This document shows positions 1 through 12,186 of a stretch of 64,000 bases of DNA, piece after piece; within the stretch, counting starts at the first letter, position 1, and each line of letters begins with the position of its first letter. Source of the DNA: Chiloscyllium plagiosum (Eukaryota). The translations under genes and the position numbers were made by a program. The stretch is from positions 43,480,219 through 43,544,218 of the forward strand of contig NC_057731.1 of NCBI RefSeq assembly GCF_004010195.1, in the 5' to 3' direction. The notes below the pieces were generated by a model. The model was not told the DNA's origin. It saw only the letters and a list, made by a program, of their open reading frames with translations, and did not search any database.

Positions 1-156
1 ATTCCCATCATCCATTCAGGCTGTGGCGAATTCCCATCATCCATTCAGGTTGTGGTCAATTCCCATCATCCATTCAGGAACTGGCACTCTCCCATGACCC
101 ATTCAGGCTGTGGTGAATTCCCATCATCCATTCAGGAACTGACAGACTCCCATCAT
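1..156. repeat. Minisatellite, ~29-bp unit ATTCCCATCATCCATTCAGGCTGTGGYSA (truncated by window edge)
   Basis: About 5-6 recognisable tandem copies. Confidence 0.9.
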
Positions 157-598
157 CCACCCCATCCAACACCGGCCCCCAGCCCCATCCAACACCACCC
201 CCCACCCAGCCCTGAATCCCTTCCAACTCCACACCCCAATAAAATATTTACAAAACAAAGGAGGTTGCTCATTTAAAACAGAGATTAGGCTTTTTTGTGA
301 GTCTTTGGAACGATCTTCCTCAAAATGTTGTGAAAGCAGAATCTTTGAATATTTTCAAGACAGATGAAGATATATTCTTGATAAACAAAGCAGTAAAATG
401 TTATTGTGGTTAGACAGGAATGTGGAATAATCAGATCTAGCCTATCTTATTGAATGGTGCAGCAAGCTGGAGGAGCTGAGTGGCCTCCTCCTGTTTCTAA
501 TGTGTATGTTTGTATTCCGTTTACCTGCTTATCCACTTTATTAACCTGGCCTGGACATATTGCAACACATTCACTGACAATGTTTCCGTCTCTTGCAG

Positions 599-662
599 GA
601 CACAGGCGCAAGGTCAGGAACAGTTGAGTACTGTGCATTTTAACGCAAGTGTTTTGAATAAA
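599..662 (+). other. Candidate terminal exon of an unidentified upstream gene ((G)HRRKVRNS*)
   Basis: Branch-like CACTGAC 572-578, polypyrimidine tract, TGCAG acceptor ending 598, TGA 625-627, AATAAA 657-662 and a GT-rich downstream element. Confidence 0.3.
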
Positions 663-1239
663 GTTGGCAGGTAATAGTTGTTTTGTGGAATCGTCTGTTT
701 CAGGGATTGTAGGCAGCAGGACACTGCAATGGTGTGTGGCAGGTAATAGATAACTGGAGAAATGTGGAGCGACAGAGGTCTGACAGATCAGATTGTGATA
801 GACTTCACAGACAGCCACCTCAGATTGCAATGCCAGGATATCTCTTCTTCCTCCTCTTTACCTTCCACTCTTCTTTCTGTGAATAGCTTCTCCTCTCAGC
901 TGCCTCTGCTCCATCTTCTTGTCGTGCAGCAGGAAAGAGAAACCCAGTGATTATGTGTAACATTTCTGAACAGAGGCCTTTCAAATTCCCAGTTTGTTTT
1001 ACAATACTCTGGCGCCACCCATTCAATCTGAAGGGATTTCACAAAAGAAACTTATGGGTGCTTTCATCACTGAATTTCCCCACTATCAACGTCTGGGGGG
1101 TTACCAGGGACCAGAAACTGAACAGGACTAGCCATATAAATAAAATGGCTACAAGAGCAGGTCAGACACTAGGTATCCTGCAGTGAATAATTCACATCCT
1201 GATTCTCGATAACAAGTCCACCATCTACCAGGCATCAGT

Positions 1240-1548
1240 CAGGAGTTGGGAGGTCATGTTGTGGCTGTACAGGACATTGGTTAGGCCACTTTGGAATATT
1301 GCGTGCAATTCTGGTCTTCTTCCTATCGGAAAGATGCTGTGAAACTTGAAAGCGTTCAGAAAAGATTTACAAAGATGTTGCCAGGGTTGGAAGATCTGAG
1401 CTACAGGGAGAGGTTGAACAGGCTGGGGCTGTTTTCTCTGGAGCGTCGGAGGCTGAGGGGTGACCTTATAGAGGTTTACAAAATGATGAGGGGCATGGAT
1501 AGGATAAATAGGCAAAGTCTTTTCGGGGCGTCCAGAACTAGAGGGCAT
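1240..1548 (+). mobile_element. CR1 LINE ORF2 3' fragment
   Basis: Translates EYCVQFWSS...LERRRLRGDLIEVYK, the typical CR1 ORF2 C-terminus. Confidence 0.9.
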
Positions 1549-1679
1549 AAATTAGATTAGATTACTTACAGTGTGAAAACAGGCCCTTCGGCCCAACAAG
1601 TCCACAACGACCCGCCGAAGCGCAACCCAGCCATACCCCTACATTTACCCCTTACCTAACACTACGGGCAATTTAGCAT

Positions 1680-1803
1680 NNNNNNNNNNNNNNNNNNNNN
1701 NNNNNNNNNNNNNNNNNNNNNNNNNNNNNNNNNNNNNNNNNNNNNNNNNNNNNNNNNNNNNNNNNNNNNNNNNNNNNNNNNNNNNNNNNNNNNNNNNNNN
1801 NNN
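1680..1803. other. Assembly gap (N run)
   Basis: 124 consecutive N. Confidence 1.
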
Positions 1804-1990
1804 GTGGTGGAGGCTGGTACAATTGCAACATTTAAGAGGCATTTGGATGGGTATATGAATAGGAAGGGTTTGGAGGGATATGGGCCGGGTGCTGGCAGGT
1901 GGGACTAGATTGGGTTGGGATATCTGGTCGGCATGGACGGGTTGGACCGAAGGGTCTGTTTCCATGCTGTACATCGCTATGACTCTGACT
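1804..1990 (+). mobile_element. CR1 LINE 3' end/UTR
   Basis: Same tail as other CR1 copies (GGACCGAAGGGTCTGTTTCCATGCTG...CTATGACTCT). Confidence 0.85.
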
Positions 1991-2169
1991 CTAAGTGTCG
2001 CTGAGTCAAATCCTGGAATTCTCTCCCTTTCAGCATTGTGGATCTACCTCTAGCAGTGGTTCAAGAAGTCAGCTGACTGTCACCTACTCCATCACACTTT
2101 CAGGCAATCTTCTCCAGCCCCTAGCGACACACTTCCTTAATTTTTGCATTGCTACTTTAATCAATTGTG

Positions 2170-2885
2170 GAGTCATACAGCATAGAAACAGACCCTTCGG
2201 TCCAACCAGTCCCTGCTGACCATGTTCCCAAACTGAACTAGTCCCACCTGCCTGCATTTGGTCCATATCCCTCCAAACCTTTCCTATTCATGAACTTATC
2301 CAAATATCTTTTAAATGGTATAACTGTTCCTGCATCCACCACCCCCTCTGGAAGTTCATCCCACACACTTTCTGTGTAAAAAAGTTGCCCCTCATGTCCT
2401 TTTTAAATCCTTCTCCTCTCATCTTAAAAATACCCCCCCTAATTTTGAACTCTCCCGCTCTGGGGAAAAGATCTTTGTCATTTACTTTATCTATACCTTT
2501 CATGATTTCATAAACTTCAATAAGGTCACCCCTCAATCCCTTAAACTCCAGTGAAAAAAGAGCCAACAGTTCCAGCCTGCTTTTATATCTCACACATTCC
2601 ATTCCTGGCAACATCTTGGTAAACAAAAACAGAAGTTGCTGGAAAGCTCAGCAGGTATGGCAGCATATGTGGAGAGAGATCAGAGTTAATGGGTTCTGAG
2701 GAAGGGTCACTCGACCCGAAACATTAACTTTGATTTCTCTCCACAGATGCTGTCAGACTTGCTGAGCTTTTCCAGCAATTTCTGTTTTTGTTTCTGATTT
2801 ACAGCATCCACAGTTCTTTCGGTTTTCAACGTCCTGGTGAATCTTTTCTGAACCCTCTCCAGTTTAATAATATCCTTTCTGTAAT
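2170..2885 (-). mobile_element. CR1 3' fragment interrupted by a palindromic Penelope-derived short element (~2622-2830)
   Basis: ORF 2288-2626 contains LRGDLIEVYEIM; the insert has inverted arms and a decayed hammerhead-like motif at 2696-2725. Confidence 0.8.
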
Positions 2886-4080
2886 CTGTGCCCCTGGCTC
2901 TTCTTCCTTCTGCAGAGACGATATGGAAATAAACACACAAGAGCTGGGGAGGTAAATGAACAGAGAGAGAAAGGATTAAATATCTCCAGTGTGAAAGCAG
3001 AAACAGTCCAATGTAGGATTTAGGATTGACTGTGAACTCAAGGGATCACAATGTGCAGATAGAGAGAAATATAGATGGAGTCAACCTATGGGATGGAGAG
3101 AGATGGTTCCTAAGCATTTCAGGGTAACACACCTACTCAGCCCCCACTATGATGAACAGGAAATAGATGTATATTTTCCAGCTGGGGATACTCCGCTCAC
3201 CATATCATCGCCTGGGGATTCACTGGCATCAAGACCGTGTGCTCAGATTCTTTATAAGATATATTCATTTATTTAAATAAACCCCCCCCCACTCCCTATT
3301 TCTTACAGGATACATTCTCGACTCTCCAACACTAAAGCAATAAAGTTGGAGAGTTTTGACAGCAAAGAGGGAGGGTAATCAGCCCTTTGAATCAATGCTG
3401 GCTCTCTGTAGAGTGATCCAGCTGGCGCTCCTCTCTCGTTCTATTCTGAAGCCCTACACTTTCACTTCTTTGAAGTACCCGTCCAATCTCCTTTCCTAGA
3501 CATTGAATGTTTCTGCTCCCACTGGCTTCATGAACAGTGGGTTCCTAGTCATAACCACTCGTCGTGTAAAAAACGTTCCTCCTTGCACAACTCTTGTATC
3601 TCTTGCCCAAAGATGTCTCTTAGTCCTTGTATTATCAACGACTGTGAACTACTTTTCTTTATCTGTCTTACTCAAATCGTTCATAGTATTTCATTCCTTG
3701 ATTAAACTTCAAGGAGAATATGCTCTGCTTTTCCAACCTAACTCTGTTGCTGAAACCCCTCATCCTTGGAACCATCCTGGCAAATGTCCTGTGCTCCCGG
3801 TCACAGGATCTGACATCCTTCCTAAAGCATAGTGACCAGGTGAGACACAATACGTAAGGATTATGCCAGTGAGTCTACATTGCCTCTTTCTATCTCTGCC
3901 ATTATGCAGCAATTCATGTTTCTCAGTATTGAATCTGATCTGTCACTTGTCTGCTCATTCTATGAGCCTATTTATATTCTTTTGCAACCATATAGAGGAG
4001 TAATATCGAACTCAATGTTTGCCATACATTCAAGTTTGGTATCTATATCCTTTTGCAATAATATAGAAGAGTTATATAGA

Positions 4081-4718
4081 CGGAATGAAGACATGCCACA
4101 ACCCAAAGTACTAGCCACACTACCATACATCAAGAACATTTCTGAACTGACAGCCAGACTACTACGACCACTCGGACTCATAACAGCACACAAACCAACA
4201 GGCACACTCAGTCAACAACTCACCAGGACAAAGGACCCGATACCCAGCATGAGCAAAACCAACGTAGTGTACAAAATCCCGTGCAAGGACTGCACAAAAC
4301 ACTACATAGGACAAACAGGAAGACAGCTAAAAATCCGTATCCAACTAGCCACGAAACGACATGACCAGCTATCCTTAGTAGCCACACACGCAGATGACAA
4401 GCAACATGAGTTCGACTGGGACAACACTACTATTATAGGACAAGCCATATAGAGAACAGCCAGGAAATTCCTAGAGGCTAGGCACTCATCCACAGATTCT
4501 ATCAACAAACACATCGACCTGGACCAAATATACCGGCCACTGCAGCGGACAGCTGGAACTGACAACCGGAAGCGGCAGAGTCAAACCTCTATAAATGCCG
4601 GAGGAAACAACACAGAAGCGCTTCACAGGAGGCTCCCAAGCACTGAGGATGTCACCTAGACAGGGGATGAAACATCTGCAATACAAATTCCCAGCTCGGC
4701 GAACAGAACCACAACAAC
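4081..4718 (+). mobile_element. Penelope-like element, 5'-truncated (GIY-YIG endonuclease + 3' pLTR)
   Basis: NVVYKIPCKDCTKHYIGQTGR GIY-YIG motif; 13-bp TSD AGAGTTATATAGA at 4068-4080 and 4719-4731. Confidence 0.92.
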
Positions 4719-4934
4719 AGAGTTATATAGAACTCAGTTTGCCACATACTCAAGTTTGGTATCATGGTCAATGTTTGAAGATTTCCTTGGTTCCAATATC
4801 CACGTTATTTATGAAAAGCAACAAAGCAGTAATCCATATACTGAACTTTGGCAGACACCATTGTCTGCCATTCTTCAGCCTGAAGAGCAACTATATGGGA
4901 GAGGCTGAATACGCTACAGCTATTTTCCACAGTG

Positions 4935-5420
4935 ACAGAGGTTGAGGGGTGATCTTATAGAAGTTTATAAAATCATGAGGGGCATGGATAGGGTAAATAG
5001 ACAAGGCCTTTTCCCCAGGGTAGCAGAGTCCAAAACTAGAGGGCATAGGTTTAAGGAGAGAGGGGTAAGATTTAAAAGTGACCAAAGGGACAATCTGTTC
5101 ATGCAGAGGCTGGTGTGTGTATGGAATGAACTGCCAGAAGAAGTGGTAGAGGCTGGTACAATCACAACAATTAAAAAGCATCTGGATGGGTATATGAATA
5201 GAAAGGGTTTAGAGGGATATGGGCCAAATGCTGGCAAATGGGATTAGAATAATTTAGGACATGACATGTGGAATGTGGTTAATAAGGAAAGTGGCCAGTA
5301 TGTTCTCAAAGTGTGAGGGATGGATAATAAATGTTAGCATTACAAATAACACCTATCTGGTTGGCAGGGACAAGTTGGACTAAAGGGTCTGTTTCTGTGC
5401 TGTACAAATCTATGACTCAC
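4935..5420 (+). mobile_element. CR1 LINE 3' end containing a 97-nt foreign insert
   Basis: RGDLIEVYKIMRGMDRVN...VWNELPEEVVEA; tail interrupted at 5261-5357. Confidence 0.9.
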
Positions 5421-5879
5421 TGCTTCCTGTACTTCAGGCAGAAGTAAATGACTTTTTTTTAAACAACTTACAACTTGCTTGTTGCTTTATTGTTTCAGAT
5501 TACAGTGAACCTATGGTCTGTTGCCTCAACTTTCTCACTCATGCAAATAGACTTTGTTTGCACGGAGCAATTACTCTCTGCTGTTAATGATGGGTGGAAC
5601 TGCCTTTTGAGCTGGAGAATAAGGGGACAGAGGGCCTAGTCGTCTGTTTTAACAAGTGCAGCCTACTGCAACTTCTAGGCCTATGTTTGACATATACGTA
5701 TCGTGTTGATTTGCATGAACTGTTTTATGGCTTTATTCTCTTAAGCTGCTGATTTTACTGTCCTATTCTCCTTGATTGATGGGATAGGTGTTATTTGTAA
5801 TGCTAACATTTATTATCCATCCCTCACACTTTGAGAACATACTGGCCACTTTCCTTATTAACCACATTCCACATGTCAT
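5261..5879. repeat. Perfect 97-bp inverted repeat (5261-5357 = reverse complement of 5783-5879)
   Basis: Base-by-base comparison shows no mismatch. Confidence 0.95.
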
Positions 5880-7765
5880 TAACTACACCGTCAGCTGGTT
5901 CTGGGATCAGCTCCAGGCAATGGAGCCTGAAGCACACTTGTGCAAATTACCAACTGGCTGACCTAATTAAATCCCATATACGGGACAAGCAAACCCAAGG
6001 TTTGCTGTAGGAATGTTCTCAAGCAGCAGAATGCGTTCCTTTACCTTAGATAGAAATGTAGAGAATCACCGATAAGCTAAGCAGAACTGACAAAGTGGCA
6101 AACTGTCACTATTATCCCTGCATTTAAATTGTGAGAAAAATTGTTTGCTTGCATCTGTAAGAAGGAACCAAGTGTGCTAGTTGTTTCAACATATATTTGT
6201 TGACATTAACCCTAAGTGCCATCACCATCACATTATTACTGCTTGGTCACTTGCACAACCTCCCATTATCAGAATAGATGACTGCACAGTCACGATTTGG
6301 CTGACAGCTTGAAAAATTTATTAAAAGAATATGTGACTTTGATGTGGGGTTATAAATGCAGTTAATATTTAAGTTTATGTTTGTACTGACAATTAGGTCC
6401 CAGATTAAAATCTGGCTCAATTCTTGGTTTTAATGAGATTGCAAATTTGGTTTACACAACAAAATGGAAGTTTGTAATGCAGAGCAACTGAAAATAAAAT
6501 AGAACAAACCAAGCTATTTACTTTTAACACAAATCCAACAATTTTGAAACACTTGGTGAAAACATAATCCCATCAATGCTAAAAGCACCCCCTTAGAATT
6601 CACATCAGAGAGATTTTCTTTCTTTATCACCACTACAGGTTATACTTTAACTGTGGCTTCAATTCCCAGTCTTGAGAACCTTCCTGGAGTCTTTGGACAA
6701 CTGAGCTTAAACTTTATCAGCTTTAAGTAACCCCTTCAGAGTTTTAACCAAATATTTCTGGTCTGGAACTTTTGTTGAACCCCTTACATTATTTTCAACA
6801 ATTCTAAAGTACCTTCTCCCTTTCTCAGGAGCAACCACTTTGAACATCCAGGTTCAATAAAAAAAGATTCTTTTCTAGCCTTTGGGCGTTTCCCCTCGTC
6901 AAAAGTAAAATAAATCCCTCACCTTCTAAATTGGAACCTAATGCACAACAATTTATTTTGTTTGCTGGTAAATTTTCTATCAATGTAAATAAAAACCTAT
7001 TTTTCTACAGGAAGAATTTCTCTCACACTGGTTTATAATAAATCCAGAAATATTTGAAAGTTCATCATTCAATCCTTTCAAACATACTGTACAGGAACTT
7101 TATAAGTCACTACTGTAAAATTCAAAAATCCAAGCTCAAAAACAAATATATATATCACAATTCAAACATTTGCTTTTAAAACAGATTGAATACTTGACAA
7201 GATTTAAATGTGCCCTTTCATGAATGAGTACTTTTCTTAAGTGGTGAAGTCTGTAACAGGTACTTAGAACTTTATTTTAATCCTGAGATCTGGGTACGTG
7301 CTCGGTACTGGGTGAATTGGCATAGAAGCTGTAAAGGCAAAAATGATGGGTGGAAAATAGGAGTTAGTACTAAGTTGATATCGGGGCTTTAAGGTGATAT
7401 ATCCTTTCGTGGAAGAGTTTGCTATGCTATGGAGTTTATGAGAGGTCATTGAACATAAATGGTGGAAAATAGGTAGGCGTTGAATGTATCATAGTCTGTT
7501 GGAGGTGAGCGTAGTGGACATAGATTTATATGGGTTTATGAAGGGCAATTAGAGGTTGGAGACATGTGTTAGAGTGGATAGGGAAGTGGGGTGAGTGCTA
7601 GAGAGCTTTTAATGTAACAACAGAACTGGAACCAAGATGCATATTTTATGCAGTTAATCCTGGCACTTTGCTGTCCCTGTCTGTGGGTTTCAAACTTGAC
7701 CAGGCCACATAGCCTATTTCAGTTTATAATCATTGGTAACTCTCTTGGAGATGGAGATTCCCTCC

Positions 7766-8061
7766 AGTGTGGAAACAGGCCCTTTGACCCGACAAGTCCA
7801 CACCCAACCCTCTGAGGAGTAACCCACCTAGGCCCATTTCTCTCTGACTAGTGCACCTAGCACAATGGACAATTTAGCATGGTCAATTCACCTGACCTGC
7901 ACATCTTTGTGACTGTGGGAGGAAACCAGAATACCTGCAGGAAACCCATGCAGACACGGGGAGAATGTGCAAACTCCACACAATCACCCAAGGCTGGAAT
8001 CGAACCCAAGTCCCTGGTGTTGTGAGGCAACAGTGCTAACCACTGAGCCATCATGCCACCC
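7766..8061 (-). mobile_element. tRNA-derived SINE (HE1/V-SINE-like)
   Basis: Minus strand has A box TGGCTCAGTGG, B box GGTTCGATTCC and the V-domain GTGGAGTTTGCACATTCTCCCCGTGTCTG. Confidence 0.88.
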
Positions 8062-9759
8062 TAAACTTTCAGGATGTTGCTGGTGGGAATTCAGTAATGG
8101 TAATGCTATCGAATGTTCGACTGACAGTAAGATTCTCTTACAACTGTGTATACAAATATTACTTGCCACTTTTTAGCTTAAATTTGACTGTTGTTCCAGT
8201 CAGGCTGCATGTAGGCACAGAATGCTTTAGTATCTGAGGAGTTACAATTTGAACTTAATACAACGGTTATCAGTATACATTCCACCCAGATTTTTTTTAA
8301 AAAATTGACACCTAGTTTATTTAAGTAGCATTTTGCATTTTGTTCTACAGTCCAAATCTGAAAAACCATATGCAAGCATACAATCTCAAAATGGCACAAT
8401 TTGTATTAAAATGCATAACACATCCCCTGGGAATATAAATACAGCCTTTCTGTAAGACTCAATAAGATTACACACAATACAAAGGGGGTGCATGTGTTAC
8501 AAAGTCAGACTACACCTATTCAGTGCAAATGTTGCAAACACCAGACAACTGCAAGTTACTTCCCACCTCACTTCTTATGATGAAGGGAATGTCATTGTTG
8601 GAAATTTCTGAACCCAGAATAATGCACTGAGAACACTGCAGTGATGTCCAGAAGCTTAAGTGATTGGCCACCAAACAATTCCCTCATTTCTAGATATGTC
8701 TACAATCAGTGGAGGTTATACCCAGTCCACCCACAAGTCCCACTGACTCCAGTTTTGCAAAGGCTCCTTGGAACCACATTTGGTCAAAGGCAGCCTTGAT
8801 GTCAAGGGTTGTTACTCTCACCTCTTGAACTGAAATATGTATTGAGAACAGGTGCTGAATGACTCAGCAGAATCTAAACTGAATGTCAGCGATTGTTGAG
8901 TGTCACTTGGCAGCACTGTTGTTAACAGCATTCATAATTTTTCTGATGGTTTGCTAATTGGCTGGATTGTCCTGCTATTGTTCAAAGCATATTACCTGGG
9001 CAACCTTCCACATTGTCGGGTAGTTGTCAGAGTTGCAACTGCACTACAGATCACTTGGTTAGAGATACAGCTAGTTCTGGAGCACAGGTCTGGAATATCA
9101 TCAGGGCCCATCACCTTTGCAGTGTCCAGTGCCTTCAGTTGTTTCTTGAAATAATTGTGGTATGAATTGAATTAGTTGAAAGCTGGTATCTGTGAGGTTG
9201 GGGACCTCAGAATGAGGCAGACATGCATCATCTATTCAGCTCATCTGGTTGACGACTATTGCAAATCTCATTCATTGTGTACATGCTGCATTACATCATC
9301 ATTGAGGCTGTGGAGGAGTTGATAGCACAATTTCCTCTTGTTAACCCTCAACTAAGTCTATCAGCTCTTGAAAGGTTTTTTTTGTCTGGTGCCTCAGGAA
9401 ATGTTAGGTTCCTAACAAACACAAAGGCTGCGGTTCCATTGCTTTTCATCTGTCCCAGTACTGTTTGCCCGGAAAAAAAACTGCATTCTTTCCACATTCT
9501 GGGCATTCCTAATGAAGGGTTTATGCCTGAAATGTTGGTTCCTCCTGCTCCTCAGATGCTGTGCTTTTCCAGCACCACACTTTTAAACTCTGTCTCTCCA
9601 GCATCTGCAGTCCTCATTTTCTCCCAGTCTTTAATGACAAGATCAATCAAGTCTAGCATTCCTAATAATAGCAAATAAGCCACAAATGTGTGGCCCGATT
9701 CAAAGACCACCATTGCAAGCAAATCTTTTCAGGAGCATATTTTTTTCTCTCGACACCAC

Positions 9760-9994
9760 TGCAATAATTCCACAGAGGCCAGTATCCCGTCACCATATCA
9801 CACTTTATTTACACATACATTGTGCTTGACACTGCTCCAGCTCCCTCAGAACCAGCTCTCAGAGTGAACAGAATCTCTGACTCTCCTGTTTATATCTGTC
9901 AGCCAGGGCTCACTAATTGGACCAGGTTAACAGCCCCAAACAGGGAACGCATATGCTATGAGAGCACCTGGCTGACCTCATTACAATTACTGCA
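9760..9994 (-). mobile_element. Solo LTR, same family as 19918-20153
   Basis: TG...CA termini; reverse complement aligns over its full length with the TSD-flanked copy. Confidence 0.75.
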
Positions 9995-10398
9995 AGGCTC
10001 ATACATTTTAAATAGAGATTGGATGAAATTTATTCTCTCAGAGGATTGTGAGTCTTTGGAACTCTCTTCCTGAAAGTGTGAACAAAGCAGACTCATTGAA
10101 TATTTTTAAGGCAGAGGTGGATATATTCTTGTTAAGCAAGAGGGCCAAAACATGATTGGGTTAAGTAGGAATGTGGTTCCGAGCTTATAATCAGATCAGC
10201 CATGGTCTGATAGAATGGCAGAGCAGGTGTAAGGGGCTGAATGACCTACTCCTTTTCCTGCTCCTAAAGTTAACCAAACTATCGTCATTAACTAAAGATT
10301 TGAGTAAGAGTCCCTTTGTGGGCTGCCAACTAATTTATCGTGAAGTTTACTTTCATTGCAGCCTTCATTTCAGGGAAGATGCTATATAAACATTTGCA

Positions 10399-10408
10399 GT
10401 GAGTCAGC
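10399..10408 (+). promoter_or_regulatory. Antioxidant response element (Nrf2/sMaf, AP-1 core) upstream of GSTO
   Basis: GTGAGTCAGC matches RTGASTCAGC, ~155 bp before the ATG; TGACGT and GGGGTGGG motifs nearby. Confidence 0.55.
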
Positions 10409-10561
10409 TAAACAGTAATCTTGATTATGACGTTGTAATGGGGTGGGTCTGCTCTGGCTGATACTACCAGCTCCATTTAGAGACTTCGGTCAACTCGGTG
10501 ATTTAGTCTCCATCGAGCCCATCTGTCACCTGAAGTGTGCAGATTGATCACGGACTGAGCT

Positions 10562-10586
10562 ATGTCTACAAAAGCACTGGCAAAAG
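10562..10586 (+). CDS. GSTO1: Glutathione S-transferase omega, coding exon 1 (MSTKALAK-G)
   Basis: Omega-class N-terminus; GT donor at 10587; phase 1 matches exon 2. Confidence 0.85.
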
Positions 10587-11129
10587 GTAAAAAAGTGAAC
10601 GATTCTGCAAGTGTGCATGAGAGAGAGACTTTGATAGGCGGTTTCTGTTTTTCAGTCAATCTGTCGTGTGAATGCAGGTCTCTCAGCACTTCTACCTTCT
10701 GTGCATATTTCTCAACTTCATTCTCTCCTTTTCTCCCTGTTGCTCAGTAAAATTTGATTGTGTACGTGTCAGCAAGTGTGCGTGTGTCTGTACGAGTATG
10801 TTTATAATTTGACCTTTGCTGAATTTCCTGTTTAACTGTGTCACTAACAGTCTGTGTGTGCCTGAGGCCCTCTTCATCTCTGGATGTCTGTGCTGATATC
10901 TGTATTTCTCACCGCACAGTCCTCTTGTCCTGTTTGTGTGTGTCTCACAGCTTCAGAGATTGGCCACAATTTTAACATGAGACGAGATGTCCAATTGCTG
11001 GGACTTAAAGTGAGACCAACCCTGCACTGGCAGAGGGTGAGATCTTGGCGCCAATCCAGGTGGCAACAGAAAATTCAGAATAATGTCTGCCATCCCAGGG
11101 TTCATGTCGCATTATAGGTGACCCCACCA

Positions 11130-11562
11130 CACTATTCACTCTCACACACACATTCACACACACAGACACATACACAAACATTCTCTCACACAAACACACT
11201 CACACAATCTCTCTCATACACACAAACTCTCTCTCTCACACACACACACACACACATAAGCATATACTCCCTCACACTCACACAAACACACCCTCACACA
11301 GACCCTCTCTCATACATGCACACTCTCACTCACCCTCTCTTACTCACACTCACGTGCACTTTCTTAAGCACACACTCGCACACACTCACACACATGCTCT
11401 CACATACATATACTCCCTCACACTCACACACATCCACACACTCTCTCTCAAGAGCACACATGCGCATACACACACACTCTCGTTCTCTCTCTCCTTCCCA
11501 CACACACACCCTTTCACACACACACACACACTCTTTCTCTCTCTCTCTCTCTTGCGCACACA
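11130..11562. repeat. Degenerate (CA)n/(CT)n microsatellite in GSTO intron 1
   Basis: Low-complexity CA/CT runs. Confidence 0.95.
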
Positions 11563-12077
11563 TTATAATTCCCTTTTGAAGTCTCTGTTGAATCTGCTTC
11601 CATAGTCCACCTGGGCAGTGGGTTCCAGATCACAGCAACTCACTGCTTCCATCCAGCCTCAATCGGCATTTGTTTATCACCAATGTCTGGTTGAAACTTT
11701 CTCTAATTTGATATCCCTACAGCCCTTTTAATCCCATGCTTTCAATTTTGCTACCAGGTTAGCAATACCTTATCTAAAGTCAATATACACGTCAATTATA
11801 CTACCCTCTTCCCCACTTTATCAAAGAACCTTATCGAGTTAGTCAAACATAGAAGTCCTTTCGCAATCACTGCATGTCACGGCATAATTGATTCCTTTTG
11901 TCAGTCTTTAAATTGTTTTATTGTCCCATAACTATGCACACTGTTGGTTTCACAAGATCTGGTCAATTGCTCCAGGGATATCAGTTTCCACACTATTTGT
12001 TGCACTGTCGCAGAAGGTTTGATGCCAACTCTCATTAATGTTCTCATGACTGATGATTGACTCCTCTTGCTTTGTAG

Positions 12078-12186
12078 GAAGCTCCGCACCAGGCCCTGTG
12101 CCTGAAGGAACAATTCGCCTGTACAGCATGCGATTCTGTCCATTTGCTCAGCGTGCCCGCCTGGTCTTGGAAGCCAAGAAAATCAA
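12078..12186 (+). CDS. GSTO1: GST omega exon 2 ([35 protein letters not shown])
   Basis: Active-site motif MRFCPFA; AG/GT boundaries; 109 nt. Confidence 0.97.

Noticed and set aside
447-1026. Minus-strand ORFs at the window start
   Set aside because: No recognisable homology or consistent splice signals
10383-10390. TATATAAA as the GSTO TATA box
   Set aside because: It lies upstream of the ARE and resembles the GCTATATAAA end of an old SINE; the TSS is unknown
11118-11605. His/Thr/Ser-rich ORFs (also 47540-48017)
   Set aside because: Translations of CA/CT microsatellites
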